A DNA stretch of 64,000 nt. Origin: Epiperipatus broadwayi. Its lineage: Eukaryota; Animalia; Onychophora. The position numbers and the translations under genes were made by a program. Where the stretch lies: NCBI GenBank assembly GCA_028023455.1, contig JAQFVV010000006.1, positions 7,688,001-7,752,000 of the forward strand, read 5' to 3'. The notes beneath the pieces were generated by a model, which was not told where the DNA came from, searched no databases, and saw only the letters and a program-made list of their open reading frames with translations. Shown one piece after another: positions 1 through 12,459 of this stretch; positions within the stretch are counted from its first letter, which is position 1; each line of letters begins with the position of its first letter.

Positions 1-1845
1 TCAATTTTCCTGTAATTTAATGATATTAATATATGCATTTTAACATCAACACCTGTCTACGTTGTAAGTGAAATATAAAATGAGATATCAAAGTCAAACA
101 AAAGGTAGATATCATTCTTGCTATTTGCAAATACAAATTCCATATCAAAGGTAGAATTAATTATTAAATTACAAGATATAATTGAAAGCAAAAAATATTT
201 TGTAATTGTAAATCATCAAGGGAAAAACAATAATAAATAAAAATGTATTATAGACTTATCTAGGTAAAATAAAATTTTGATCGATTGCTTTTGATGATTA
301 TGTTCCAAAACAAATTTTTCAGTTATACAAAATAAAAAATGTCTTCACATAAAATTTCTTGAAGTTTTAAATAGGAGACTGTTCAAATAAAGCTTTCTTG
401 ACAAAAAGGAACTTTTGAGTGCATTTGAAAATAGATATTCAGACCTAATTTTTTAATGTATTTGTTTTAAAAATGTAAATGTTGATTTTACTTCTAAAAT
501 AATTATGATTTCCAAAATTAAAAAAAGAAAATAAAGAATCTACTTTAATTTGCCGAGTACTAATATAATATAATGATTTTTTAATGCATTTGGTTGAAGA
601 TACAATTTTCACAAAAATATTATATTATATAATAATAAAGATTTTAAAAATGCTTTATAAAGATGGAAAAGTATAACCATAAACACAATACAAAAAATAA
701 AGAATGTAAATTTTTTTAAAATTATTAATTTTAAATTTATTCATAAATTGAAAATTTTAGTATTAAGTTTCAAAATACAACTACTTTGTTGATTTTAAAT
801 TATTCTACATATAGTTTCAATAAAAATGACATATAATAGCAAACTCCCATTATATATATATATTGTATGCAAAGATCATAACAATTCAGTATTTTATTTA
901 AAATCCAAGTCGTAAATAAAAGATTTTAGTTCAGATGGTGAGATTAGCTAATAATTTCTATTCAAGTGTTTATTTAATAATAACTTTGCTAAGATGGAAG
1001 AGCCAATACACACAACTACCTCATTTTGCACATGTACATTGGAATACACTCACAAACATATATATTTATATGACCAATTTCTTTTACAAATCTGATATTC
1101 AAAATATAATTAATAATATTGTAATGAGTAACGATTTTGTTTTTAATAATTGAAAGAAGTTTTACTTGCAGAAAAATAAATTTGAAATAATTTATCTCGA
1201 GAGAATTCATTTTGACATTATATAAAAATGTATTTATTAATTTTGTACATACTTTTAAAAAAAACTACCAATTCATTTTAAAATCTCCATGCAGAAAGTA
1301 ATTCTCTGTGCGTTTCATTTTCTATTAAAAAGATTTGAAAAAAAGAAATGTAACTTTTATAAAAAAACTTTATTAAAAACTATTTCATATAGCCATTTTG
1401 AAAGTACTATTTTATGGAAAGACTGTTTACTAACATAATACTTATAACAGGCTTTAAAGTATATAGGTGAAGTTCATAAAAATGTTGACAGTTGAACGTT
1501 TAGCTTAGTGCTTTCGGAGTATGTTTACTCCATATTCATAGCCATTATTAACATAATGTATCATATGCATGCACAATATGTGTGTGTGTTTTTTTATATG
1601 TTTACTGAACGCAAATTTGCTTCATTTAGTTATCAAACCACTGATGAAATTTTGCCGGAGATAACGCTATTAAATGAATATTGAATATCAACCACACAAT
1701 TATCTATAATAATTGATCATGACTTATCAGTGATGGACTGACTGCAACTCTCAAGACAAAGTACCTATTACTTTTACTGTCATTTTCCCTAAAGGCAGTA
1801 TGTAATTTGCTTATATTGAATGTTTTTTACATGTGTAAACAGAAG

Positions 1846-2400
1846 GGTTTGAACTCAGGATTTTTCAGCCTATTCATCCCCCACTCTATCTCCAGCAACC
1901 AATAGAAATAACCACACACATGCAAAAAAGATAGATGATCCCCAATATACGTATTTTGTGCAGAACCAGCACTCATTAGTTGGGGCCAGATTATAATCTG
2001 CCACACATATATACAATCAGTGCTGGCACTGATGTGGGATTTGAGCGTTCCAACATCAGATTTTCAATGAAATGGACAGCTGAAGAGTCATGGGATGGAG
2101 TGATTTGAAGCCTATCCATTAAAGTATGAAAATTGGCTATCTTAATATAAAGCTGAGCACTGATTGTATATATGTGTGGAGATGATAATCTGGACCAACT
2201 GACGAGTCTGGATTAGCACGAAATACGGATATTGGTGATTATTTATCTTGTCGACGTGTGTGTGATCAAAGTATATAAGCAGTATGAGATAGCATGGATA
2301 GTTAAGGGTCGTGTGAAAGTCTGAGTTCAAACCGCCTATTTATTACATATTGGAGTGCAGGTATGAAAAAGCCTGTACTGTAGAAAAAATTCATATTTTA
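1846..2400. mobile_element. Diverged fold-back of HHR-bearing repeat family C (Penelope pLTR-like)
   Basis: Arms ~1846-2025 and ~2155-2333 are diverged reverse complements; each carries a hammerhead-like motif; the family recurs at ~22010-22340, ~32935-33712, ~36160-36560, ~47520-47680 and ~53180-53680. Confidence 0.75.
2195..2235 (+). ncRNA. Minimal type-I hammerhead ribozyme, family C, near-intact
   Basis: CCAA-CTGACGA-GTCTGGATTAGCAC-GAAA-TACGGATA-TTGG. Both core boxes are intact, stem II has a bulge and stem III one mismatch. The mirror copy at 1940-1985 (-) has perfect stems I and III but CTAATGA/AAAA core mutations. Confidence 0.7.
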
Positions 2401-2470
2401 AGAATCTATAGTAGTACTGTTCCTATCAATATTAAAATATTTTATTTCCTAAGATGATTTAAAATATATA

Positions 2471-2586
2471 TTTTTTTTCCATATGTTCATAACATCGGCC
2501 GGGAGGCGAACCCGCAACAACCGTCTGCAACCAACTGCTTGCTGGCAAGGCAGCTGCGCTGACCTCTCGGCTAACAATGCTTGACT
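2471..2586 (-). mobile_element. tRNA-Gly-derived SINE (family S1), long subtype
   Basis: Reverse complement gives AGTCAAGCATTGTTAGCCGAGAGGTCAGCGCAGC...GGGTTCGCCTCCCGGCCGATG...ACATATGG + A-tail; matches eight other copies in the window. Confidence 0.8.
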
Positions 2587-3254
2587 AAATTTTAAAAAAC
2601 CAAAAACAGGCATTTTGTAACTTTAATTTCTTAACTTTTACATAATTCCAATTAAAAGTTATTAATGTTATGGTTGGTAAAAAGTGTTTTGACGTTTGAT
2701 GGTTGGTGTCAAGCTCACTAAATGATTACTCCAACTCTTGAATATTCAATCATATATAAACGTATCGTACGTGTTTCTTATTATTGAAAAACTTGCCAAC
2801 TTCTGATCTATACACGAAAAATGAATTGAGTAGTATAACTAATAACTAATTAAATAAACACACCAGTGTGCTTAGATTTTAAAATGTGAAAAATAATATA
2901 ATTCCCCATGTTTATAATTGTTCACCAAATACAAATCGTTCCCCCGTCTTTTCCATATGCTTGATTACATTAAACTAATATGCACGATCAAAGTCATTAA
3001 ATAAAATAAAATTGCAATATTTTAAAATAATCGAAAATCATTTTTAAATAGCAAAATTTGGACCCAATAAATATAAATTGATTTTTGTTTTAAATAAGTA
3101 GTCATTTTTTTCAAGAAAAATGCATACATTGATTAGAATTTTCAATTATAAAATTAAAGTTAGCAATTAAATAAATCGGCAATAGATTTGCTATGGGGGA
3201 TGGGGGGATGGACGACTTTAAATTTCAATTTTATTTAAATAAAAATATCTATAT

Positions 3255-3762
3255 CAGGGGTATCTAATCTACATCTTGAGGCCACCTGATTGTCCAGGAT
3301 GGCTATGAATGTGTTCCAATGCAAAACCATACACTTGTTTAAAACATTATGAGATTTTTTTGCGCTTATGTGTCACAATGTGATTAAACCAGATGTATGC
3401 ATGCATTCAATACGTCAGATAGCTAAGTAGTTTTATGTTTCCCTCTATTATTTTTATAATAATTAAAATATATATAAAAAACATCAATGATGTTTTATCG
3501 CTTAGATATGTACATTTTTTATATTAGCGATCTCAAACATGGATTCTACTCGACGATTTTAAAAGACTGTTCAAATAGATCATTGCATGATTAGTTATTA
3601 TTTAAGGACATTTGTAGTTGTCTGTGGTGGTAGATAATCACAAAAATTATGCATGGACCTTTTTTTTTTTACTTATCAGCTTTCGATAATGTTTATATAT
3701 TTAATGTGTGGCTTAAGAAATTCTTCTTTTTCCAGTATGGCTCAGAAATCTTGACTCACCTA
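3255..3762. mobile_element. Decayed non-autonomous hAT (Charlie-type, MER30-like) element with ~290 bp internal segment
   Basis: Starts CAGGGGTATCTAA; contains GGATGGCTATGAATG...TTAAAACATTATGAGATTTTTTTGCG (3297-3365) and TCAGCTTTCGATAATG...ATGTGTGGCTTAAGAAATTCTTCTTTTTCCAGTATGGCTCAG (3676-3745), which resemble the MER30 consensus as I recall it. Confidence 0.55.
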
Positions 3763-5495
3763 TTCTACATAATCCAGTATTTTCTCGTACATTACATGGC
3801 TTTTTGAAAAGAGCATGCTTAACAAATTCATAACGAAAGAGTAAGTTGTTTCCAGTATGAAATTAATAAAGTTTAACTGAGTTTGTAACATCATCAAACT
3901 GCAATACATATTTGTATACACTAACATATAGTTAACTTAACCAATGTGTATTAGCAGTACATGGTACTGTATATAGACTTATTTATTGATATAAATAAAC
4001 CTATGAATAAAACAGTCTCAAAATATACTTCTGGTTTGAGTGCATTATAAATTTGGAAGATCTGATTGCTTAAAGATACTCTTAGAAGCATTAATCAATT
4101 TATTATAAAATAATTATAACTAATAATATATATATATATTACAATAAACATTTTTCTTTAATTTGATCAGCAATCCATTAAAAATCAAAGAATACATTTA
4201 GTCTTCAACGGCAATTATGGTTTATGTTTATTGCAATAAAAGCATGAGACATCCATATATGGGAGAATGAAAAAAAAATTTTTGGATTTTTAATACATTA
4301 CTGACCAAATTAAATAAAAGTACCTTTTATAAAATGTTGGTTAAAGGAAGTTGCCTTGACAACAGATTGAGATTGTTGATGTTTAATGATATTGGTGTTG
4401 TTGAAGAATTGACTGCTTTCATGTATTTTAAATATTTTTTTATATATGCAATACTTCTTTTTTTTTGCATTTGGATCTTTTGCAATTGACTTTTTGCATT
4501 TAAAAACTGACAATAAAAACAATGTTGTCATGTTTCCAGAATTTAAAAGGAAGTGCACATCGTAAAAATCACAAGGTTTTTGGGTTTATGATGACAGATT
4601 TTAAAAAGAAGTGTTTTAGTTCAACAAACAAGAGAAATTAAGATCCTCTTCCTTCATTTTTTTTCCATTTTAATTACTTGTAAACTCTTTTTGGTGAATT
4701 ATGCATGAAATTCAAAAAAAACATATTTTTACTAAATATACCACGATCTATTGCACATTGCTGCAAATTTATTGAACCAATATCAATGCAGTTTGAAATG
4801 AGGTTGGCCATATGGCTGGACAATCTTCAAATATTATATTGTCATTGATAATGTAATATGTGTAAAAAAAATTATGAAGAATGTGTTTATCAGAAATATA
4901 ATAAAATCATTTTACAAGAGTTCGTATTCAACCATTACAGCTTTATTCCTTAAAACATTAAAGTAAAGGATAATCAGAATTGTCTCAATTTGTAAACGTT
5001 GAATAAATTAATGCTCAGATTCCTTGAAGTTAACAAAACTTGATTTAAAATAATATTCATAATTATAGGGAAATGGCAAAAATAAATCATCTGTGATAAA
5101 AACACAAAAAAAAATCTTTTTTCAGCCTGTTACAAGTTGCAGTCACCAAATATCATTGATTTCTCTTGACTTGTCTTATTCTAAAAGTAAATGTTTTTGA
5201 CTAAAAATCTAAATCTAATCACAGTATTCTTAAAAAAAACATTTTTAAAATAAATATATTGTGAAAAGTAATTATAAACATGTAAATAATTACAGAAAAA
5301 ATGTTTTCATTTTTGAACTCTTATACAAAAGATTAAATAAATGGTCAAAACTCTTGTGGGTAATTACTTACATTATAAATTAAAAATTACTAATCAGCAA
5401 CATAGGAATGGAGAGTCAATTACCTTTAAGCAACATAGGGTGGCCAGTTTGCTTATTTGAAGTAAAAATTCATTAATTAACTGCAGACATGTCAA

Positions 5496-5592
5496 GTGTT
5501 ATTAGCCGAGAGGTCATCGCAGCCGCCTTGCAAGAAAGTAGTTGATTGCAGACAGTTGTGGGTTCGCCTCCTGGCCGATGCTATGACATATA
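5496..5592 (+). mobile_element. tRNA-Gly-derived SINE S1
   Basis: TGTCAAGTGTTATTAGCCGAGAGGTCATCGCAGCCGCCTTGCAAG...GGGTTCGCCTCCTGGCCGATGCTATGACATA. Confidence 0.8.
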
Positions 5593-6255
5593 GTAATCAA
5601 TTGCAGAGATCATCAAAAAAGTTTTTGAATTGAAATATCAATTTTATCTCACTTTTTATGATAAAATGATTGAAAAAATATCAACGTAAGATTAAAAATA
5701 TCCACAAGAGTGAGATCCATAGTTGACTGTAGGGATACGACATAATAGGATACGACAGTAATCAAGAAAAGAGTATAATAAAAGCATTTAAAAAAAATAC
5801 ACACAAAAATTATTTTTTTCACTTAAAAAAAATAAATATATAAATTCAACATTCCTTTTCTTTTTAAAACTTGTTTTTATTCCAACTATAATTTTCTTTC
5901 TCCTTCCAATACAACGTTTCAACTACATTCTGTAGTCATTATCAAGTTTCCTTAAAAAATAATAATAATAATAAAATAAATAAATAAAAATAAAAAACAA
6001 AAATAATAACACAAATAAATAAAATATTAATACATTCCAAATATATAATATTCAATTAAAACCATAATATTATTATAATCTACAAATACAATTATTTACC
6101 TCCTTCCCTATCTTTAATTATTTCTTTTAAATTACCTTTATAAATTAATACTCTTCTTATATAAATTTATTATCTTTTCTCTAAATCTTTACCCATTAAC
6201 ATTCTTTTTATAATCCCCCCCCCCCTTTTTTTTTTTTATTTTTATATATTATTCT

Positions 6256-6480
6256 TATATTATCTTATTTTTTATCTCTATTTATTAACATTCTATTTAA
6301 TACTGGTTTATAATGATCTATATATACTTCCTCTTTTTTTATTCTCTCTTTAAAATTTGTAACGCATTCCAATGGCCTTATATCAAAATTTTCATGCTTA
6401 AATTCCTTTTTATGAATATATATAGCAGATTTTTTATCATATAAATGCTGCCTTAATCTAGTTTTTAATTTATTCTTACT
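6256..6480 (-). pseudogene. GIY-YIG endonuclease C-terminal fragment of a Penelope-like retroelement
   Basis: Translates SKNKLKTRLRQHLYDKKSAIYIHKKEFKHENFDIRPLECVTNFKERIKKEEVYIDHYKPVLNRMLINRDKNKII*, matching the PLE pattern (T)R..L.TR..EH....SA...H.....H..F.IL....R...E..YI....P.LNR. The mirror partial copy starts at 6481 (+). Confidence 0.8.
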
Positions 6481-6968
6481 TGATAAAAAATCTGCTATAT
6501 ATATTCATAAAAAGGAATTTAAGCATGAAAATTTTGATATAAGGCCATTGGAATGCGTTACAAATTTTAAAGAGAGAATAAAAAAAGAGGAAGTATATAT
6601 AGATCATTATAAACCAGTATTAAATAGAATGTTAATAAATAGAGATAAAAAATAAGATAATATAAGAATAATATATAAAAATAAAAAAAAAAAGGGGGGG
6701 GGGATTATAAAAAGAATGTTAATGGGTAAAGATTTAGAGAAAAGATAATAAATTTATATAAGAAGAGTATTAATTTATAAAGGTAATTTAAAAGAAATAA
6801 TTAAAGATAGGGAAGGAGGTAAATAATTGTATTTGTAGATTATAATAATATTATGGTTTTAATTGAATATTATATATTTGGAATGTATTAATATTTTATT
6901 TATTTGTGTTATTATTTTTGTTTTTTATTTTTATTTATTTATTTTATTATTATTATTATTTTTTAAGG

Positions 6969-7010
6969 AAACTTGATAATGACTACAGAATGTAGTTGAA
7001 ACGTTGTATT
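6969..7010 (+). ncRNA. Degenerate hammerhead motif at PLE 3' end (mirror copy 5907-5948, -)
   Basis: AAAC-TTGATAA-T-GACTAC-AGAAT-GTAGTT-GAAACGTT-GT. A 6-bp stem II and GAAA-CGTT are intact, but the CTGATGA box reads TTGATAA. Confidence 0.55.
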
Positions 7011-7793
7011 GGAAGGAGAAAGAAAATTATAGTTGGAATAAAAACAAGTTTTAAAAAGAAAAGGAATGTTGAATTTATATATTTATTATCATGGAGCTAT
7101 AATTTAAAAAGAAAAAGAAGTGAAAAGATGTGTATATAATTATATTTAAAAAAAATACAAAGTAATCTTTCAGTTCTTAAATTATCTAAATAAATTTGTT
7201 GATAGCTACTGAAAATTTAAATATGAATTAACATTTAGAGAATGGACTTCTTTCCCTAAAGTAATAAAAAATATTTGTGTCCCCCCCCCCCAATTCCATA
7301 TAAATGATAATACAGATTTTCACTTTTAAAAACAATAAAAAATTATTTTTACGATTTTATAAATATATGATAGCCAAGCAAATTTATCACTATTTCAATT
7401 GTTTAAAACAGAAACACATTTTCTTTTATTTTTTACTTCTGGAATTCTGCAGTCAAGGAGAAATCCCAGATAATTTTAAAAAGTTATGCTCTGACAACTT
7501 TTATTTCTGTTAATATTTTTATTTGAGTTACACTTACACATTCATTTCAAAAAACTTTAAAATTTTATTTATATTTTTTCATCAAGAAATGGATTCACTT
7601 AAAAAAATATATATATGATTTTTTTTTTTTTTTTAGCAGAGATTACCACTTTTTTCTCTATCAGAGAGCTTTAATTCACTTTTTTTTACTTTCTTTGCAA
7701 TGCAATTATTTTCCATCAAAACCTAGTGACAATTTGAGGCAAAAGTCCAAATTTTATTTTGATTTTTAAAACTCTATTCTATAATAGAATTCA

Positions 7794-8402
7794 TATATAA
7801 AATTAAAAGTGTGTGAAGCGCTTAAAAGAGAAGCTATAGTGAGTGCAAAAAATATTAAATGCTAAGCACTTTCAAGACCATTCGCCTCATATTCATAGTG
7901 ATAATGTGAAATGCAGAACAGAAAAATATTGGTAATATGCAAAGCATATGCAAATGATTTAGATAGACCAACATTTGAAAAGGTCAAAGCAGGCATCACG
8001 TCTATTGATTGAATTATTGTTGCCATTAATGAAGTACGCTTTTCTGTTTTCCATTTGATGTCATTATTCTCTATGAAAACTATTTTGGAGTTGGAGGGTT
8101 CAAATATATTAGAGAAGCGTTCTTCATTAATGGCAAAAATAACTCTATCAATAGACGTGATGTCTGCTTTGACATTTCCAAACATTGGTCTATCTAAGTC
8201 ATTTGCATATAGTTTGCATATCACCTTTATTTCTCTGTTCTGCATTTCACATTTATCACTATGAATATGAGGCAAATGGCCTCGAAAGTGCTTAGCATTT
8301 AATATTTTTTGCACTCTCTATAGCTTCTCTTTCAAGCACTTCACACGCTTTTAATTTTATATATTATAATATCGAGAGAGAAGTTTAAAATTCCTAATAG
8401 TT
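7794..8402. mobile_element. Fold-back Penelope-like insertion with 14-bp TSD
   Basis: Arms ~7794-8045 and ~8112-8367, unpaired tail 8368-8402, TSD TATAATAGAATTCA at 7780-7793 and 8403-8416. The + strand reads PFDVIILYENYFGVGGFKYIREAFFINGKNNSINRRDVCFDISKHWSI* (IREA..I.....NR...W GIY-YIG C-terminus). Confidence 0.8.
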
Positions 8403-10119
8403 TATAATAGAATTCAATAAAATTGAATTGGGTTGTGAGAAATCTAGTTTTATAATTGAAAAATATTCTAAAAAATCATATTTGAACCTTCCAAATATAT
8501 AAAAAAAATGAACATGAACTAAACAGAAGTACATAATAATAACAATGATATTATTTTATTCTTTTTCCCATTTGTCAAATACACTAAAATCAAGATATGA
8601 TAGACGTAAATTAACAAAATCATTGTTGTTTGAAGTTTAATCTCAGAATCTGAATGAATAATTATAAAATAATCACAAATCTACCAAATACTGGCAGCTC
8701 ATAAATGTATATTTGCTGTCATAATTTTTTTAGCATAGCAAATCATTTGTTTAGTGTACATTTTTAAAAATAATATATTAAAAAAAATACAAATGTGAAC
8801 ATGAAATTACTTATTTTTTATTGATTATTATGGAAATAATTTGTAAAATTAATTATAAATATTCAAATAAAATCCAGAAAAGTGCTATTTCTTTGCAGTT
8901 TGATCAGAACAATGAGAAACTTATGTCTATATTTATTTACACTCTTAAGCTCAAAAATAAGACCAATCAGATGTGAACTATGGACATTTTCAAAAAACAA
9001 TTTTGAACTAATTAATGATTTAATTCTTTCTTTAAATAGTATTTTGGACATTTAATAAAAAAAAGTCTGTAAATTTATTAAGCGTTTTAACTTTTACTTA
9101 AATAGAAACTAATACAATTTATCTTTTGAATTTAGCAACACATATGAACAGTTTTTCCATCATTAGTGAGTATGGATAATAAAAAAATTCCAAATTAAAA
9201 TATGTCTAAACACAACATGATTTTAGATGGCTGCTATAAACAATTATAATACTATGTGCATGCAAACATAGAGTGTAAAGCAAAGACAAGATTGTTGGGA
9301 AGTGAGAGATTCACAGAAATGAGATGTCAAAATATTCACTTCAAATTAGTATTGGCCATAAAAAACTCAAAATTAAAATAATGCCAGATACGTTGTGATT
9401 CCATGTAGCTGCTGGATAACAGCAACTGGGTTAACTTAGGAATGTGTGAAAGAAAATCAAGAATAAACTGCTAACAACGATTGTAATACTATGTACAAGC
9501 ATAGAGTGTAAAGCAAAGATACGATGGATAGGGAATGTGAGATCAACAGAAATCATGTTAAAATGTTCACTTCAATTCAAAATAATATAGTATATTCCAT
9601 GCTTTTGTTTTTGCTTTTAATCAATAGCATATATTTTTATCATTAATAATGATAATTAAAGAAATAATATTTTTTTTAAAATTCTGCCAAAGGAGAGAAG
9701 TTTAATCAAACAGATGACTACTACAATTTTTTTTTTTTTTTAAGAGTAGATTACTGAGTAAAACAATATTGTCTAATGTTGGATTTAATGTGAAGTTTCC
9801 TATTCTTGGAATTTCAAGACATAAGAATAAAATCTTAATAGTATTGAAAATTGTTTTGTACAATAAGTTTTTCTCTTAAGTGTCCAAATCTTAGAAGCAT
9901 ATCTAAAAATTGGTAAAATACATTGATTGAAAATCTTTTTTTAAAACACAAAGACATATATCTTTAAATATTAAGTTGTTTCTATGGAAAACATTCCATC
10001 CAGATTTAATTTCATGATTAATTTTATCCACTATATTTGTATCTTTATTAATTATCTAACTAGATATTTATTAGTTTGAAACGTTTATAGTTTATATAAA
10101 TTATTAATGTTTTAAAACC

Positions 10120-10965
10120 TTATGAGACTAATTATGCAAACATCAATGCAAAAGTAAATTTTAAAACATGAAAGATGCATAATTCCAAGAAGTGCAAATA
10201 CAAAAAAAGATAGATGAAATATATGTGAATAACATTATTAAAATGACATATGCTTATGCATATGAAAAGGAAGATTTTTAATAGATATATGTCTTAATAG
10301 TTCTTACTTATGCATCTGAGACTTGGACATTTAAAAGCAATACAGAGACTTCTATCCACTTAATATATATATAGAAAGATGTATGTTAGGAATAATAAAG
10401 AAAGATTGAAAACAAAGTACATGGGTATAAGAACAAAGATATCACTGACAAAAGTGAAAGAATTAAAAAACTGAAATAGAGCTAGGCTGGGCATATTGAT
10501 AGAAGATGATAGGTTATAAACTGGATGCAAAGAGATTGTAAAAGAAAAACAGAAAATACATGTGATGGATCAATGAAATTGTGGACAAGACAGGCTACAA
10601 ATCAAGAAAATTAGATAAATCTTAGAGCTAGGCTTGACATATTGATAGAAAAAATGATAATGGATGGAAAGTTGAAGTGATAAATTGGATTCCAAGAGAT
10701 TATGAAAGACTTAAAAAGAGAGAGAACACAGGAGGTGGATGGATAAAATGTGTTGTGGAAAAGACCAGCTAAGGATCAAGAAACTTGCATTAAACCTAAA
10801 GAGCTAGGCTGGGAATATTGATAGAAAAGATGATAATAAATTGGCTGTTGAAGTCATAAATTGGATGCCAAGAGATTATAAAAAAGAAAGAGAAAACACA
10901 TGGATAGATAAAATGTGTTGTGGAGGAGACATGCTAATGATGAAGAGAGTTGAATTAAACTTGAT
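10120..10965 (+). mobile_element. Decayed RTE-clade LINE 3' region with internally repeated segment
   Basis: VLTYASETWTF motif (~10300-10335); the ctagagctaggct(g)ggcatattgatagaaaa.gatga (W.WAGHI.R..D.RW) block occurs three times, near 10480, 10625 and 10800. Confidence 0.75.
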
Positions 10966-11624
10966 CTTCATTCTATAGTATGTCAATAGTTGGAAAATCT
11001 GTAAAAATTGCATCAAGATTAGAATCTCAGTTTATCTCACATTTCTACTACACCTGCATAAAAACTAAAAAGCTCTATATCTCCAGACAGAAGGTTTTTT
11101 TTCTTCAGTTGGAGTCAATGAATGCTCAAGTTTAGTAAGGAGACAGGAAATTTTTAAAGAACAAATAACGATATATAACACACAGAGAAAAATATAATTA
11201 GTTTTTTTGATATTGCCTGACTAAATTTTGCCCCAATATTTTTTTCTTTATGATTATAATTATATTTTCTTAATGCTACTAAACTTCTACTATTTTAAGA
11301 AATGGAAATAATTGGAAAGAATATAGACTCTGCATATTTATTTGTTACGTATAAATGTGATAAAATTACTGCCATTAAAAATAACTATTTTATTGTTTCA
11401 ATTCAGTGTGCCAAAATGTATTTTTTAGCATATTTTTATTAAAAGTATCTTTAGGAATAAAATTAAAAAAATACAGTGAAATATTGAAGTATTTGAAGTT
11501 TAAAAAAGTACTCCACTGACATTACTGATGTACAAAGAAAAATCTGATGAAGTATGTATCCTAATGTGCAAGGTTTGTAAAAGTTTCCCCTTCTATTACA
11601 GCTGCAATCTAGAAACAAACATTT

Positions 11625-11897
11625 AAACTAAAATGAAAAAAATAAAAGACTGAAGTGGAGTTGGGCTGTACGTATTGCTAGGAGAGATGATAATAGATGG
11701 ACAATTGAAATCTTAAACTGGATTTCAAGAGATTGTAAAAGATCCAGAAAGAGGCCACATGTGAGATGGATGGATGAAATAAAAAAGTGTGCAGGAGTGA
11801 TGTGGAGAAGAGAAGCTAAAGATCGGAGAAGATGGATTGAACTTGGAGAGACCTTCATCCGGCAGTGGATTGATAATGGTTGATGATAATGATGATG
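11625..11897 (+). mobile_element. RTE-clade LINE 3' end with (GAT)n tail
   Basis: RLKWSWAVRIARRDDNRWTIEILNWISRDCKRSRKRPHVRWMDEIKKCAGVMWRREAKDRRRWIELGETFIRQWIDNG* followed by TGATGATAATGATGATGAT. Confidence 0.9.
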
Positions 11898-12459
11898 ATA
11901 GGGAGTCGTACATGTATTATACATGCACAGCAGACGGAAGCCAAAGTATTTGATTTTCCAATATATTTATATAGCAACACATGTAGTACATCTGGAAAAC
12001 GAATGCTTGGAATACTGCAATTAAGCAATCTATATACTATTTCAGAACATTTCACCAACTTCAGTTTCTAGACACATGTCTGAAACATCAACTCCAAGCC
12101 TGTGCTTGGAAATCAATACAATGTTGTTTAAAATGAAAGAAATTAGCATGCTTTGATTCCTAACAGTTTTTAGTGCTTCCTAATTTTCAATGGATTGTGG
12201 GTCATGAAGATAATTTGAAGTGATTCTATCATGTGTTAACTCAAAATTTGGGATTGTTATTTTGCCTAGTGCAAATCTCAAGTGAGTAATCAATTTAAGT
12301 TTATAAAAATGCTTATTGCAATTTTAAATTAAACAAACCTGCAACATTAAAAATACTGAATACTAAAATTAAAATGCTGAGCGTTAGTGGTTTGATATTA
12401 ATTTATTTATTAAAAGTTCCTGATTGTTCGATTTTTATAATTTTCAGTTAAATTTAAAA

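Larger units (their letters stand above)
5831..7087. mobile_element. Near-perfect 1.26 kb palindrome made of a 5'-truncated Penelope-like element
   Basis: Arms 5831-6439 and 6481-7087, loop 41 bp. In the segments I compared, the arms differ only in homopolymer length. The arms encode a GIY-YIG C-terminus and a degenerate HHR. Confidence 0.9.

Noticed and set aside
4742-4825. Possible minus-strand exon (LSSHMANLISNCIDIGSINLQQCAIDR) with AG/GT ends
   Set aside because: Plausible splice dinucleotides but no recognizable product; cannot be supported without transcript data.
5786-7159. ATTTAAAAAAAATACA at 5786-5801 and 7144-7159 as the TSD of the large palindrome
   Set aside because: Low-complexity match in very AT-rich DNA and not adjacent to either arm end; could be chance.
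7862-8314. 150-aa ORF as a gene
   Set aside because: It runs through both arms of a palindrome; the meaningful frame is the GIY-YIG tail on the opposite strand.
9235-9585. Diverged ~238-bp direct repeat as a retrozyme tandem
   Set aside because: No hammerhead core or TSD found; family unknown.
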